This document shows, one piece after another, positions 37,567 through 49,500 of a stretch of DNA of 64,000 nt. The notes under the pieces are model-generated. The model saw nothing but the letters and a program-made list of their open reading frames with translations, ran no database searches and was not told the DNA's origin. This DNA is from Octopus sinensis. Taxonomy: Eukaryota. The stretch spans positions 108,624,001 through 108,688,000 of the forward strand of contig NC_043001.1 in NCBI RefSeq assembly GCF_006345805.1, in the 5' to 3' direction. Position 1 is the first letter of the stretch; each line of letters opens with the position of its first letter. Position numbers and translations under genes: made by a program.

Positions 37567-38889
37567 CTAAGGATCATCAGGAATGGAAAGAGACTTAAAG
37601 TATTGCAAAGCTCTGTAAACACTATTTCCACAAATATTAAAGGTGGGATGTGTGGGTCTCACTTCGTTATCCTCTCCCCCAAGGATGTGTAAAGCGAGTT
37701 TAGAGCCGTTATGCTGAGCGATAGACAATCCGCTCAGGCAATAACAAGTGTGATAGAAGTCCCGGGATTTCTTAGGTTTGTCACGAAGACCGCCACGCAT
37801 GTGTTGACAACAAGTTAATACATACTCCTGCAAAGCACCAGAATGAAACACCCAGGTGTCCGCAGGAAACCCAAGTTCACCTTGTTGTTGTAAAGCCGAC
37901 TGCAAAAGCGCAATGGCACCACCTTGCCAAAACGAGTAACAACCATCAACCAGTTTTTCAGTGCGACCTTGAAAACCTCCTTCGAATTTCATTTGTCTGT
38001 TTGCAATCCAACGAAGCAACAATTTAGTATCACACAAATGGAGTTTGCCTAAAAGACACAAGGCAGCGAGTCCGCAGAAAGTGTAACCACCGTGGGCCTC
38101 CAAACCTGGGCGCCCGGCAAACCCACCTTCGTATGTCTGGCAACTTGCCACCCATTCTGGTGACAGGTAAAACAACTTTGAACAACTGGAAATAATATTG
38201 CTGAGTACAGCAGCACTAGCAACGAGGTAGATTCCACGGACATCGGTTTCGCCGTTTTCATGGAGAGTAAAAGAACCATCAGGTTGTTTCATACGAAAGA
38301 AGAACGACAACAATTTCGGTCTGTCTATCACATCAAAACTGTGTTTAGTGCCTAGAATACATAAAGCGTTAACTGCAGCGTAAGTAGAAGCGAGGTGAGG
38401 CTCTTGTCCGGGTCCTCCGCCGAAACCTCCATTCGGATGTTGACAGCGATTTAAGAAATTTGCAATATTAGTCTCTAATTCCGAAGAAAGCGGTAGGGCG
38501 TCTAAGAGGTCAAGGCTGTGAAGAATCCAGTAACATATCCAAGTTCGGCTGGCATCGAGGCATTGGTAAGAGATTCCCAACTCTCGAAGACCTGCTGTCA
38601 GGAATTCAATGTGCCGTTTCCTTTTTAAAGACGGAGGAGCAGAGGAATTGGTCGGTCTGTCGATGAAGATTTCCTCAGAACCAGAATCGTCTTTGCTGCT
38701 TTTTTCCATTTCGCCGAAGTATTTCGCTCGAGCAGCCAAGAACATTTTTTCGATTTCTTTCTCAACATTTCCCTGCTCGTACGAAGTATCGGTGGGTATT
38801 CCATCGTTTTTCAGGCGACTCGCCGCAAGGACACCGTCTTCAATATTCTCTGCATAGCGAGGAACAAGATGTTTAATTTCTGCCGCCAT
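37567..38889 (-). CDS. FNTB: Protein farnesyltransferase subunit beta, single-exon CDS, 440 aa
   Basis: CLDASRTWICYWILHSL, GGFGGGPGQEPHLASTYAAV, CQTYEGGF...EAHGGYTFCG, EGGFQGR..KLVDGCYSFWQ and RDFYHTCYCLSGLS (Zn ligands D, C, H present). ATG in AGCATGG context at 38889; the track ORF starts at an upstream GTG. AATAAA at 37538-37543. Confidence 0.97.
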   Translation of the reverse strand: MAAEIKHLVPRYAENIEDGVLAASRLKNDGIPTDTSYEQGNVEKEIEKMFLAARAKYFGEMEKSSKDDSGSEEIFIDRPTNSSAPPSLKRKRHIEFLTAGLRELGISYQCLDASRTWICYWILHSLDLLDALPLSSELETNIANFLNRCQHPNGGFGGGPGQEPHLASTYAAVNALCILGTKHSFDVIDRPKLLSFFFRMKQPDGSFTLHENGETDVRGIYLVASAAVLSNIISSCSKLFYLSPEWVASCQTYEGGFAGRPGLEAHGGYTFCGLAALCLLGKLHLCDTKLLLRWIANRQMKFEGGFQGRTEKLVDGCYSFWQGGAIALLQSALQQQGELGFPADTWVFHSGALQEYVLTCCQHMRGGLRDKPKKSRDFYHTCYCLSGLSIAQHNGSKLALHILGGEDNEVRPTHPTFNICGNSVYRALQYFKSLSIPDDP

Positions 38890-39126
38890 GCTGTTTATCA
38901 CGTGCTGCCGTCAGCGACGTCTAGCGGAATCACTGCTTAAATAATAATTACCAGCATCAAGAGGAGTTAACTCCCGTTTATTAGACAACCGTAGACTATG
39001 GGAAGGGAAGCTTTTTAGTGCGAAGGGTAAAAATTTCCAAAGAATAGGGTCCGCGGGCGAATCACAAGTTCTAACTCTGTGTAAATCTTGTATATATATA
39101 TATAGATCTATGTATAATTCGATATG

Positions 39127-39430
39127 TGGAGGCGCAATTGCCCAGTGGTTAGGGCAGCGGACTCGCGGTTGTAGGATCGCGGTTTCGATTCCCGGGCATT
39201 GTCAATGTGTATTGAACGAAAACACCTAAAGCTCCACTAAGCTCCGGCAGTGGTTGGTGGCGATCCCTGCTATACTCTTTCGCCATAACTTTCTCTGACT
39301 CTTTCTTCTGTTGGCCTGCTCGCTTAGCCAGCGGGATGGCGTCATTTGAAGGTTAAAAACAATGCGAAGCACATTGTGACCAGCGATGTGTAGCAACATC
39401 TGATAGCCTGGTCGGTCACGGTGATAATTC
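39127..39430 (+). mobile_element. tRNA-derived SINE, family D
   Basis: GGAGGCGCAATTGCCCAGTGGTTAGGGCAGCGGACTCGCGG head; body ends GGTCGGTCACGGTGAT. Confidence 0.75.
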
Positions 39431-39526
39431 GATATACATTAATAAAGATAAATATAACACATTAGATTAACGTGTAACATCTTCAGTAACGCCGCCACTG
39501 AATTTAGGACGTTTATATTACTTATG

Positions 39527-39750
39527 AGGCGGCGAGCTGGCAGAACCGTTAGCACGCCGGGCGAAATACGTAGCCGAATTTCGTCTGTCGTTACGTTCTG
39601 AGTTCAAATTCCACCGAGGTCTTTACCTTTTATCCTTTCGGGGTCGATAAATTAAGTACCACACTGGGGTCGATGTAGTCGACTTATTCCCTTTGTCTGT
39701 CCTTGTTTGTCCCCTCTGTGTTTAGCTCCTTGTGGGTAGTAAAGAAATAT
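39527..39750 (+). mobile_element. SINE, family A (a further minus-strand copy is at about 39975-40325)
   Basis: Match to the family A consensus. Confidence 0.8.
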
Positions 39751-41619
39751 ATATACTACTTATGAGTAATTCTGTATTTTCAGCTAGAGTGTAGTACATA
39801 CGAATATACCAGCCCGTGGCGCAATAAAATGTAGGCTCACGGATGTTACCCCACCCCACCCGATTTAGACAATCCCCTATTATGAAACTAAGAACTTCCT
39901 GCGTCACTAAGCATTCGCTGATAAAACTGGCAATTAAATCATGCATTGTAATACATTTGTGGGAAGTAGGTTAGTCAAATACATTGACCTCAGTGCTTAA
40001 CTGGTACTTTGTTTTGTTGACTCCGAAAGAATGATATTGGTAAAGTTGACTGCGGCGTGATTTGACCTCAGAACGTAAACAGTTAGACGAAATACCTATT
40101 TCTTTATTACCCACAAGGGGCTAAACACAGAGGAGACAAACAAGGACAGACAGACGGGAACAAACGGATCAAGTCGATTATATCGAACCCATTGCGTAAC
40201 TGGTACTTATTTAATCGACCCCGAAAGGGTGAAAGGCAAAGTCGACCTCGGCGGATTTTGAACTCAGAACGTAACGGCAGACGAAATGCCGCTTAGCATT
40301 TTATCCGAAGTGCTAACGATTCTGATACTGCGTCAGCAAAAATTAGCAAATAATAATAAAGTTGTATGATGACCGTAAGACTTTTTCCTCGGCCGAATGC
40401 ACCCGCCCCAAACTATTTATCCCACAACTTACCAGCTAAATGAAATCACTAGCTATTTAGATTATAAATAAAAATTTTACCTAACAAATACACAGAACAC
40501 TAACATATAATTTTTATGCATGTGCACATACGCAAACATTTCTTTTATTTATACTTTCAATATCTCTTCCAACTATATTTAAAGCCATTCTACTTTTTCC
40601 AGAAAAAATTCAAAAACTGTAATTTCAGGGGAGATAATCTAGGTTCCCCATTAAATGCGTTGACTACTGCGCCACCTGACGGTCTGTAATAAAACGAATT
40701 GTTTGAGTTGAATGTCTTTGGTGTTTCTACCTCTTATGAGCTTCAAGGATTTACTTTTAGGTAATAATAACAATAATAATAATGATCTGAGATATTTTTA
40801 TGTCTCTGTTTACTCTATTAATCACCTCTCGTGTATTGCAGCTTATATTTTTTATTATATTTGTTATATATATGTATGTATATATATATATGTGTGTGTG
40901 TGTGTGTATGTTTCTTCTCAAGTTGCATATGGAGGCCTTTAAAAAATTTGTACATTACATCTGATGAATTTATACTAAATGTACCGATTATTTCAATTAC
41001 TTTTTGGCTCTTTATTATTAATTCGTAAATTTTAAATGTACATTAATTAATTAATCAATATTTTTAGACACACAAAGTTACTTTTCTATGTCGATTTCAT
41101 GCCTGAAAATTACAATGAAAATCATGGTTTTCCCCTAAAATGCATATGGTAGACTATTTGGATTATAATTTCAATAAAACCGCAAACTGCCTTTGTGATT
41201 ACATGTAAACTTTAGATCAGATAATCTCTTAAATATAGAACCCCAAAATAGTTTTTTCTTTCTTTTCAAGTTAATCCGATGTCTAAACTTATGTTACATT
41301 TAATAACAAACATTGATCTTAAGTTATATAATATTTTTTAATTATAAAGGAAAAGTGCTTTTTCGAGGAGGGCAGTTGTCTATATCAAATAAGACCGTTA
41401 AAGGAAATCGAGTATTCAATATGATCCTCTTTACCGCTGCTGTATTTATTTATGCCTACCACATAGAGGTAGTATTAAAATAATAATAATTAAAAGGAGA
41501 AAAGTATTCGCTCTTAAAGATTTGTTAGTTTTTTCTTATTGATCAGTAATTTATCTTAAATTTGAAATTTGTTTGGTTGTAGTTTATCATCCATAAGTTA
41601 GTGTAGTCATCGTTTTTTG

Positions 41620-42011
41620 TGGCCAGCAAAAAGTGCTTCCGATGTTTTTCTTGCTTTCTTTTATTAAATTCCATTTTCAGAAACTCATAAAACAAATCTG
41701 GCCGGGTTTTTTTTTTTTTTTAATATTTTTTATACTGCCTACAATTCTGTTTTGTTTAGTGAGAACAGATCGGCGAAGGCAGTGGAGAGCCGGGATAAAT
41801 AAATACTTTCCACCTAATTAGCTCAGTATCGAGTTGGAATATTATCGGAATAGATTCTATCTGGAGTTGGTTTATATACGTTAGGCGATCTTTCGAAGTT
41901 TGTACGTATAATGCGGTGAACAGAGTGAAAAAAAAAATCGCATCGCTTGAAAGTGAAAGCAAAGCACAAATTACCATCGTGTCTGTGTATCTGTGTTGTA
42001 GACGTAGCTAG
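41620..42011 (+). other. Candidate KAT5 non-coding exon 1 (5' end uncertain)
   Basis: CpG-retaining unique sequence ending in donor TAG|GTGCGT at 42011; a 177-nt intron to the next acceptor. Confidence 0.4.
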
Positions 42012-42188
42012 GTGCGTGTATGTATGAGAATGTTCGTAAAGTTGGCTCTATTACCCTTTATTTTCTATCTGTGCTGTGTAAACATTTTATTCTGAATTTA
42101 ATTAAAATATAACAAATCAACCGTATCGATTGCTGATCAATTTCCCGATTATTAACGATTATTTATTTGTTTCTCTTTATACTTTCAG

Positions 42189-42235
42189 TGCAGTTTGTTT
42201 TACCGTTTTATATGTACAATATCCGAAAGTTCGAC
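42189..42235 (+). other. Candidate KAT5 5' UTR exon (47 nt)
   Basis: Acceptor TTTGTTTCTCTTTATACTTTCAG| and donor GAC|GTAAGT. Confidence 0.55.
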
Positions 42236-42620
42236 GTAAGTTCAATTAACGACTTTTTATACTTCTTGTTTTTGTTGTTGTTTCTGTTTTTGTGAGGGAT
42301 AACCATAATATATAGGCATTCGTTTCTTGACACTTTCCCTTGTTAACAATTTTGACCAAACAGAATCCAGCGGAATTTCAACGGAGTTGCTCTTTTCTTA
42401 GTGATTCTTGGTAAAATGAATTATCTTTTACTTGTTTCAGTCATTGGATTGCGGCCGTGCTGGGGCACCGCGTTCAATGATTTAGTCGAACAACTCAACC
42501 CCTTGTACTTATTTTATATCGTTATCTTTTTGCCAAACCGCTAAGTTACGGAGGGGCGACATAAGCAAACCAACACCGGTTTCCAAGTGATGGTAGTGTG
42601 TCGCACGCACGCTTACAGTA

Positions 42621-42800
42621 CTACTTGAGAACAGTGGTCCCGGTGCGCGCACTCGCGTAATCGCGCATCTGCGCTAGCTAGTCGTGACTGGTCGATCCTA
42701 CAACGACTACCTAGCAAAGTAAATAAAACACAAAAACACAACGTAAGGATCGACTAGTCATGACTAGGTAGCGCGCACCGTGACCGCTGTTCTCAAGCAG
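42621..42800. mobile_element. TA-flanked MITE inserted in a minus-strand family B SINE
   Basis: TA|CTACTTGAGAACAGTGGTCCCGGTGCGCGC ... GCGCGCACCGTGACCGCTGTTCTCAAGCAG|TA, plus an inner inverted segment CTAGTCGTGACTGGTCGATCCT. Confidence 0.8.
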
Positions 42801-43469
42801 TACCCACGCTTACATCCGCCACCACACACACACACACACAATGGGCTTCTTTTTGTTTCTGTTCACGAAATCCATTCACAAGGCTTCGGTTGGCTTGGAG
42901 CTATAGCAGAAGACTCGGGACCATTGTATTTAAGTAGTACCAAAGACTCTAATCCAAGGTGCCTCTCAATGGGACCGAACCTGCAATCTTGTGATCACGA
43001 AACAAACTTCTTACCACACTGCTACACCTCTGCTTAAAAATATATATCTCTTCCATGGCAAGGAATCCTATCCCAATCTCTCAAGGATCGAAGTTGTCCG
43101 TAAATGTTTTTAAGTCATCTCTGAAAGATGTTGTATAAAATAACTTGCATACGATCTAAAGAAAACCAGGTTGGGTTTTGTTTTTAATTAAGACTGCTTT
43201 TATTAACGCAGGCAGTTGAAAGGGATCCAATTAAAAAGCGACTGTCTTGATGTTTCAGCCTTTATAAAATGAAAGTAAATCAGTGAAAGCCACGTTGTAT
43301 AGTAGTGCCATATTAGTCGTTCATGCATTTTTTTTTCTTTCTAGTATCGGTTGCATAAACCCATTAGTGTTGTATTGTTTTACAGCTGGATGTCCCTTCG
43401 TTAAGCTTCTTTTATTTTTTTTTCCACATGTCTTCAGAGGTACAAAGCAAGCAGACGATTTGTATACAA

Positions 43470-43850
43470 GGCGGCGAGCTGGCAGAAACGTTAGCACACC
43501 GGGTGAAATGCGTAGCCGTATTTTGTCTGCTGTTACGTTCTGAGTTCAAATTCCGCCAAGGTTGACTTTACCTTTCATCCTTTCGGGGTCGATTAAATAA
43601 GTACAAGTTACGCACTGGGGTCGATATAATCGACTTAATCCGTCTGTTTGTCCTCTCTGTGTGTAGCCCCTTGTGGGTAGTAAAGAAATAGGTATTTCGT
43701 CTGCCATTACGTTCTGAGTTCAAATTCCGCCGAGGTCAACTTTGCCTTTCATCCTTTCGGGGTCAATAAATTAAGTACCAGTTGCGTACTGGAGTCAATC
43801 TAATCGACTGGCCCCCTCCCACAAAATTTCGGGTCATACAATAGAAAAGG
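43470..43850 (+). mobile_element. SINE, family A, with duplicated body
   Basis: Same layout as the 909-1325 copy. Confidence 0.8.
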
Positions 43851-44243
43851 ATTTGTTAACAGGAGATATGACTTTGTTGCTTGTAGCTTTGCTATTTTCA
43901 GAGGAGCGTAAATGTAAACAAGCGCATGAGCACGTGCACATACACACACACACACATACTAGGTTTGCTTCCCATCCATGTTGCTTTTCGATTCAGTCCC
44001 ACTCTGTGGCCCTTCAGGCAAGTGTCTTCTACTATAGCCCCAGGCCACATCATCATCATCATCGTTTAACGTCCGCTTTCCATGTTGGTGTGTTTACATA
44101 CTTGTAACCTAGCAGTTCGGTAAAAAAAGACCGATAGAACAAGTACCAGGTTTACAAAGAATAACTCCTGGAGTTGATTAGTTCAACTAAAGGCGGTGCT
44201 CCAGCATGGCAGCACTCAAATGACTGAAACAACTAAAAACGTA

Positions 44244-44274
<31 letters not shown>

Positions 44275-44974
44275 TAAGTGTAGGAAGAAATGGAGCTGAA
44301 CGAAGATTTAACAAAATTCCTTTTTATTATTTTCTACATATGTTTCGTGCTTTTTCTGTTGTGATTTTTGCTACCCAGGTATCGGTTATCATTTGAATTA
44401 TCCGTAATAAGATAATTCATTTATCTACTTCAATAATATATATATATATATAAAATAGCATTTAGCATAGCAAAAGGGAGAAAGAGATCATTCTCGAATA
44501 AATATGAATCACATGAAAAAGGAAATAAATGCTGGCACCACATGAAAAGCATCCAGTACACTCTGTGAATGGATGGCATTAGGAAAGGCATCCATCCATA
44601 GAAACAATTGGAATACGATGCAGCCCTTGGATTCCTCAGATCTTCTCAAACCAGCCAGCCAGCCAGCCATGCTTTAATGGAACATGGGTATTAAAGGACA
44701 GTAGTGATGTGTTCATAGTCCTACATGGTTCCTTTCAAAATCTGTTCTGTTTGTGGTTAAGAGTATCCTTATCCAAACATTCTAAATACTATGTACAATG
44801 GGGTAAGTTAGAGACCTAAGTACAAGCTAAATAATTCCTTAGCCTCCTCTCTCTGTAGACTGAGTTGAAATCATCTAACCAAGATGATTTTCAGGATCAG
44901 CAAAAATAAATGGTTGTGATTGATGTATTAGCTGTAGATCCAGTTGATTTGTACTCATTATCTACTAATTTCAT

Positions 44975-46100
44975 CATCATCATCGTTTAACGTCCGTTTT
45001 CCGTGCTAGCACGGGTTGGACGGTTCGACCGGGGTCTGGGAAGCCAGGAGGCTGTACAAGGTTCCAGTCTGATCAGGCAGAGTTTCTACAGCTGGATGCC
45101 CTTCCTAACGCCAACCACTCCGTGAGTGTAGTGGGTGCTTTTTACGTGCCAGGGAAGGCTGGCACGTCTACGACCGGTTGATGCTTTTTACGTGCCACCA
45201 GCACAGGTATCACAACGACAATTTCCATTTGATATTTATTTTGATGTTGATGTACTTGACTCAATAGGTCTCCTCAAGCACAACAGGTCATGTGCCACCG
45301 GCACAGAAGCCAGTCAAGGCGGTGCTGACATCGGCCACGTTCGGATGGTACTTTTTACGTGCCGCCGGCACAGGTATCGTAACTACAATTTCCATTTGAT
45401 ATTTGTGGTTTTATGATAGTCTGAGAAATGAGTCTTATGTTTTGTGTTCCAGTGACAATCAGTTGTTTAGTCCCCTGTTCGCTGTAATCAACCGTTAATC
45501 TTTTCCTTTCTGTTTTTTGTAGTACATTGTCCATGATGTCTTTCCTTTTTAAAGACATTAGAATCTGATTTGAGGGAGATTTGGTTGCTGCTTCTAGCAG
45601 GTCATACAACCATGTAGATGCTCCCTCGTTTGCTTTAAGATGAATTAGAAATAGCTATGCCTGCTTCTACATCCTTGTTTCAAACCTCAGCAGAGACAGC
45701 TTTGCCTTTCATCCCTTCAACATCAGCAAGTAAGTAACAATTATGTCCTAAGTTTACTTTATTCAGCACAATGTACTAATCCTGTATCATCATCATCATC
45801 ATCGTTTAACATCCGTTTTCCATGCTAGCATGGGTTGGACGGTTCAATCGGGGTCTGGGAAGTCAGGAGGCTGCACAAGGCTCCAGTCTTATCTGGCAGT
45901 GTTTCTACAGCTGGATGCCCTTCCTAACACCAAACATTCTGTGAATGTAGTGAGTGCTTTTTACATGCCACCGGCACAGGTGCCAGGGGAGGCTGGCAAC
46001 GGTCACGATTGATTGGTGCTTTTTACGTGCTACCGGCACAGGTATCACAACTACAATTTCCATTTGATTTTTTTATGTTGATGTACTTGACACAATAGGT
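44975..46100 (-). mobile_element. Two SINE copies with (GAT)n tails, family C (about 44975-45410 and 45785-46100)
   Basis: CATCATCATCGTTTAACGTCCG...CTGGATGCCCTTCCTAACGCC. The family also occurs at 28700, 30229, 33636, 56950 and in the array spacers. Confidence 0.75.
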
Positions 46101-46502
46101 CTCTATTTTTATGGTGTGTAAAGTTCTGCTGAACAACCGATTAATGTGTGTGCACATAGGCCCATAAAAACTACCTTTCACATCTACACACACACACTTA
46201 CACATAAGACTGTCAGTGGGGAAGGCAAATGGCACTGGTGCACTGAACTGGTGGTATTTTTGAAAAGAAAAAGACATTGAAAGTCTACTACTAGGCATAG
46301 GAGTGGCTGTGTGGTAAGTAGCTGTAGGCATAGATGATGATGATGACTGGTCTGTCATTATCATCAACTGGCACAAAAATAAAGAAGATACACTGAAAAA
46401 TACTGAAAATACAGAACCCACCAACACCACCTTCACCCTAAACTATGAACCAAGGCTTGAAAGTATCTGAGAAAGACAGTTTGGGATAGGGGTATGCTGA
46501 CT

Positions 46503-49500
46503 AAGATGTAGTTTATATGAGGGCTTTGAACCCTAATTTCTACAATGCTAGTAACTTAACTGCCATTTATAAACTAGTTTTTGCAACCTGGAAATTTGAT
46601 TGAAGATTTTAATTTAGATCTTTAAAACAGGAAATTTATATCATAGAACCAGGGTTGGTATGAAAAGGGTCAAATTGCATTGCTATCATTTTTGGATAAA
46701 GGGCCAATGCTGTGGATTATGGAAGAGTCAGAAAATGGGAAATACGGCATTTGTATGTTATGATTATTTTCTTTATTGCAACTTGTAGACAGTGATGTCA
46801 TTGATGACGGATCTGTAAAGGGACCAGTTAAGGGGTCACTGCCTTTCTGATTGTTATGGTGACAAGGCATTGTCTAAGTTGAGGGAACAAATATCATGTG
46901 TGGTACACACACATACATACACAAGCAATGGTCAGTATATAAAGTACTCAGATGTTATTGTCTGAACTACATTGGAAGCCTGAAGTACTTTCAGGCAGAT
47001 AGTGTTTGTATATATATATACTTGACCTGACAGTAAAGTTCTCCAGGTACATAGTGCTCAGGTTAACTTATGTATCTGTGTCTCCAGAGCCTGGTATAAA
47101 TTCTTTAAAATAATATGTGTAGCTAGTGCTCTCTCTCTCTCTCTGGGTATATATATATAAGAGACAAAAGTGTATGTATGCTGCTATATGTATATAAAAA
47201 AAAAATACAAAATATGGGACAAGAACGCAAAACATCCAGGCACATGATACAAAAAAGGGACAAGAAAAACAAGGATGGGTCATTTGGAGTTTTCTTTTGT
47301 TAGTTGAGTTCCAGATTATATTTGCAGTTTTGACTGGTTATACTCTGGACTGCTCCAATCTGGCCAGCCCGAAAGGAAATCTAAGCCAAGAGCACTAGAT
47401 TCCTTGGAAGAAAGCAGCGAATGTATACGAAAACTAGGACAGCGGGGGGCAGAGAAATGGTACACAAATACAAATGCAAAGAACAGGACATTAACAACAG
47501 GTGTCTTTTGACTAAGGATGAATTAAATTAAGACATAAGAGATGACAGGCATGGGAAGGAATATAGATATTGCATGGGTGGTAGTCAAACCAAGAAAGGT
47601 CAGGCTTTGCTGAACACCAGTCACATGGAAGGAGAGGAGCGCGGTAGAGACAGAGGGATAGAAGAATTAGGGAGGGACAAGAAAAAAGAAAAGATACAGA
47701 GTAAAGCGAAAGAGAAGGGAAGGTGAGAATGAAGAGAAGGCTAGGAAATGTGAGAGGGTGCGGAGCGAAAGAACAAAGTAAGTGTGAAGGGGCTGATTGA
47801 AAGAATGAAAGGAGCAGTCCCAAATATAACCAGCCGAAACTGCAAAGATAATCTAGAACTTGACTGAGTTCTTTATTGCAACTTGTAGACAGTGATGTCA
47901 TTGATGACAGATCTGTAAAGGGACCAATTAATGGTTCACTGCCTTTCTGATTGTTATGGTGACAAGGCATTGTCTAAGTTGAGGGAACAAATATCATGTA
48001 TGGTACACACACACACACACATACATACACAAGCAATGGTCAGTATATAAAGTACTCAGATTTTATTGTCTGAAATACATTGGAAGCCTGAAGTACTTTC
48101 AGGCAGATAGTGTTTGTATATATATACTTGACCTGACAGTAAAGTTCTCCAGGTACATAGTGCTCAGGTTAACTTGTGTATCTGCGTCTCCAGAGCCTGG
48201 CATAAAGTCTTTAAAATAATATGTATAGCAAGCGGTCTCTCTCTCTTTATCGCTGGGTATATATGTATATATATTTATATTTATTGAACCTCTCAAAGGC
48301 AGTGACTTATGACTGAGACCTTTGGCAATGTGCTGTGCTTGAGAGGGCCCAACAAGCCAAGTGGACCCATGCTGGTGGCACATAAAGAACACCTTTCAAG
48401 AAGCAAAGTGGCTGAGTTCTTTTCAGGCATTGGGCCTCACGGAAGCAATGACTGAGACCTTTGGCATTATGTCATGCTTGAGAAGAAGACCCATCAAGCC
48501 AAGCAAAGGCACAGTTGTGGCAGATACCAGTGTGACACAAATTGGTATCCATGCCAGTGGCACGTAAAAACACTCTGGTTTCATGCAAATGGCACGTAAC
48601 AGCACCCATTACACTCTTAGAGTGGTTGGCGTTCAGGAAGGGCATCCAGCCATAGAAAACGATACCAAATCAGACTTGAGTCTGGTGCAGCTTACCGGTC
48701 AAACCATCCAACCCATGCCAGCATGGACAATGGATGTTAAATGATGATGATGATGATGACATGTGCGCGCGCGCACACACTCACACACACACACAGAGGC
48801 ACTGGTGTGGTTGTTCACGAGAAGTTTTCTTCCTATTCACATGGTCTCAACTTCTGTTCCACTGCATGGCCCCTTGGGGCAAATGTCTTCTACTATAGCC
48901 CCCAACTATGATGTAGTTTATGTGAGGGGTTTGAACCCTGATTTCTACAATGCTAGTAACTTAACTGCCATTATTAAACTAGTTTTTGCAACCTGGAATT
49001 TTGATTGAAGCTTTTAATTTAGATCTTTAAAACAAGAAATTTATATTAATGTGGATTAAAGAAGAGTCAGAAAATGGGGAAATATGGCATTTGTATGTTC
49101 TGATTATTTTCTTTATTGCGCTTGTATACAGTGATGTCATTGATGACAGATCTGTAAAGGGACCAGTTAAGGGGTCACTGCCTTTCTGATTGTTATGGTG
49201 ACAAGGCATTGCGTAAGTTCAGGGAACAAATATCATGTATGGTACACACACACACACATACATACACAAGTAATGGTCAGTATATAAAGTACTCAGATTT
49301 TATTGTCTGAAATACATTGGAAGCCTGAAGTACTTTCAGGCAGATAGTGTTTGTATATATATACTTGACCTGACAGTAAAGTTCTCCAGGTACATAGTGC
49401 TCAGGTTAACTTATGTATCTGTGTCTCCAGAGCCTGGTATAAAGTCTTTAAAATAATATGTGTAGCTAGTGCTTTCTCTCTCTCTCTCTCTCTCCTCTCC

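Larger units (their letters stand above)
38890..41760. promoter_or_regulatory. Divergent promoter interval between FNTB and the inferred KAT5 first exon
   Basis: CpG-retaining patches at about 38.9-39.06 kb and 41.6-42.3 kb, and head-to-head gene orientation. TSSs are not directly observable. Confidence 0.45.

Noticed and set aside
38890-38901. Track start of FNTB at GTG 38901
   Set aside because: An ATG in good context lies four codons downstream.
47017-47030. ATACTTGACCTG resembles the U1 snRNA 5' end ATACTTACCTG
   Set aside because: One-base insertion, and nothing downstream matches U1 (no stem-loops, no Sm site).
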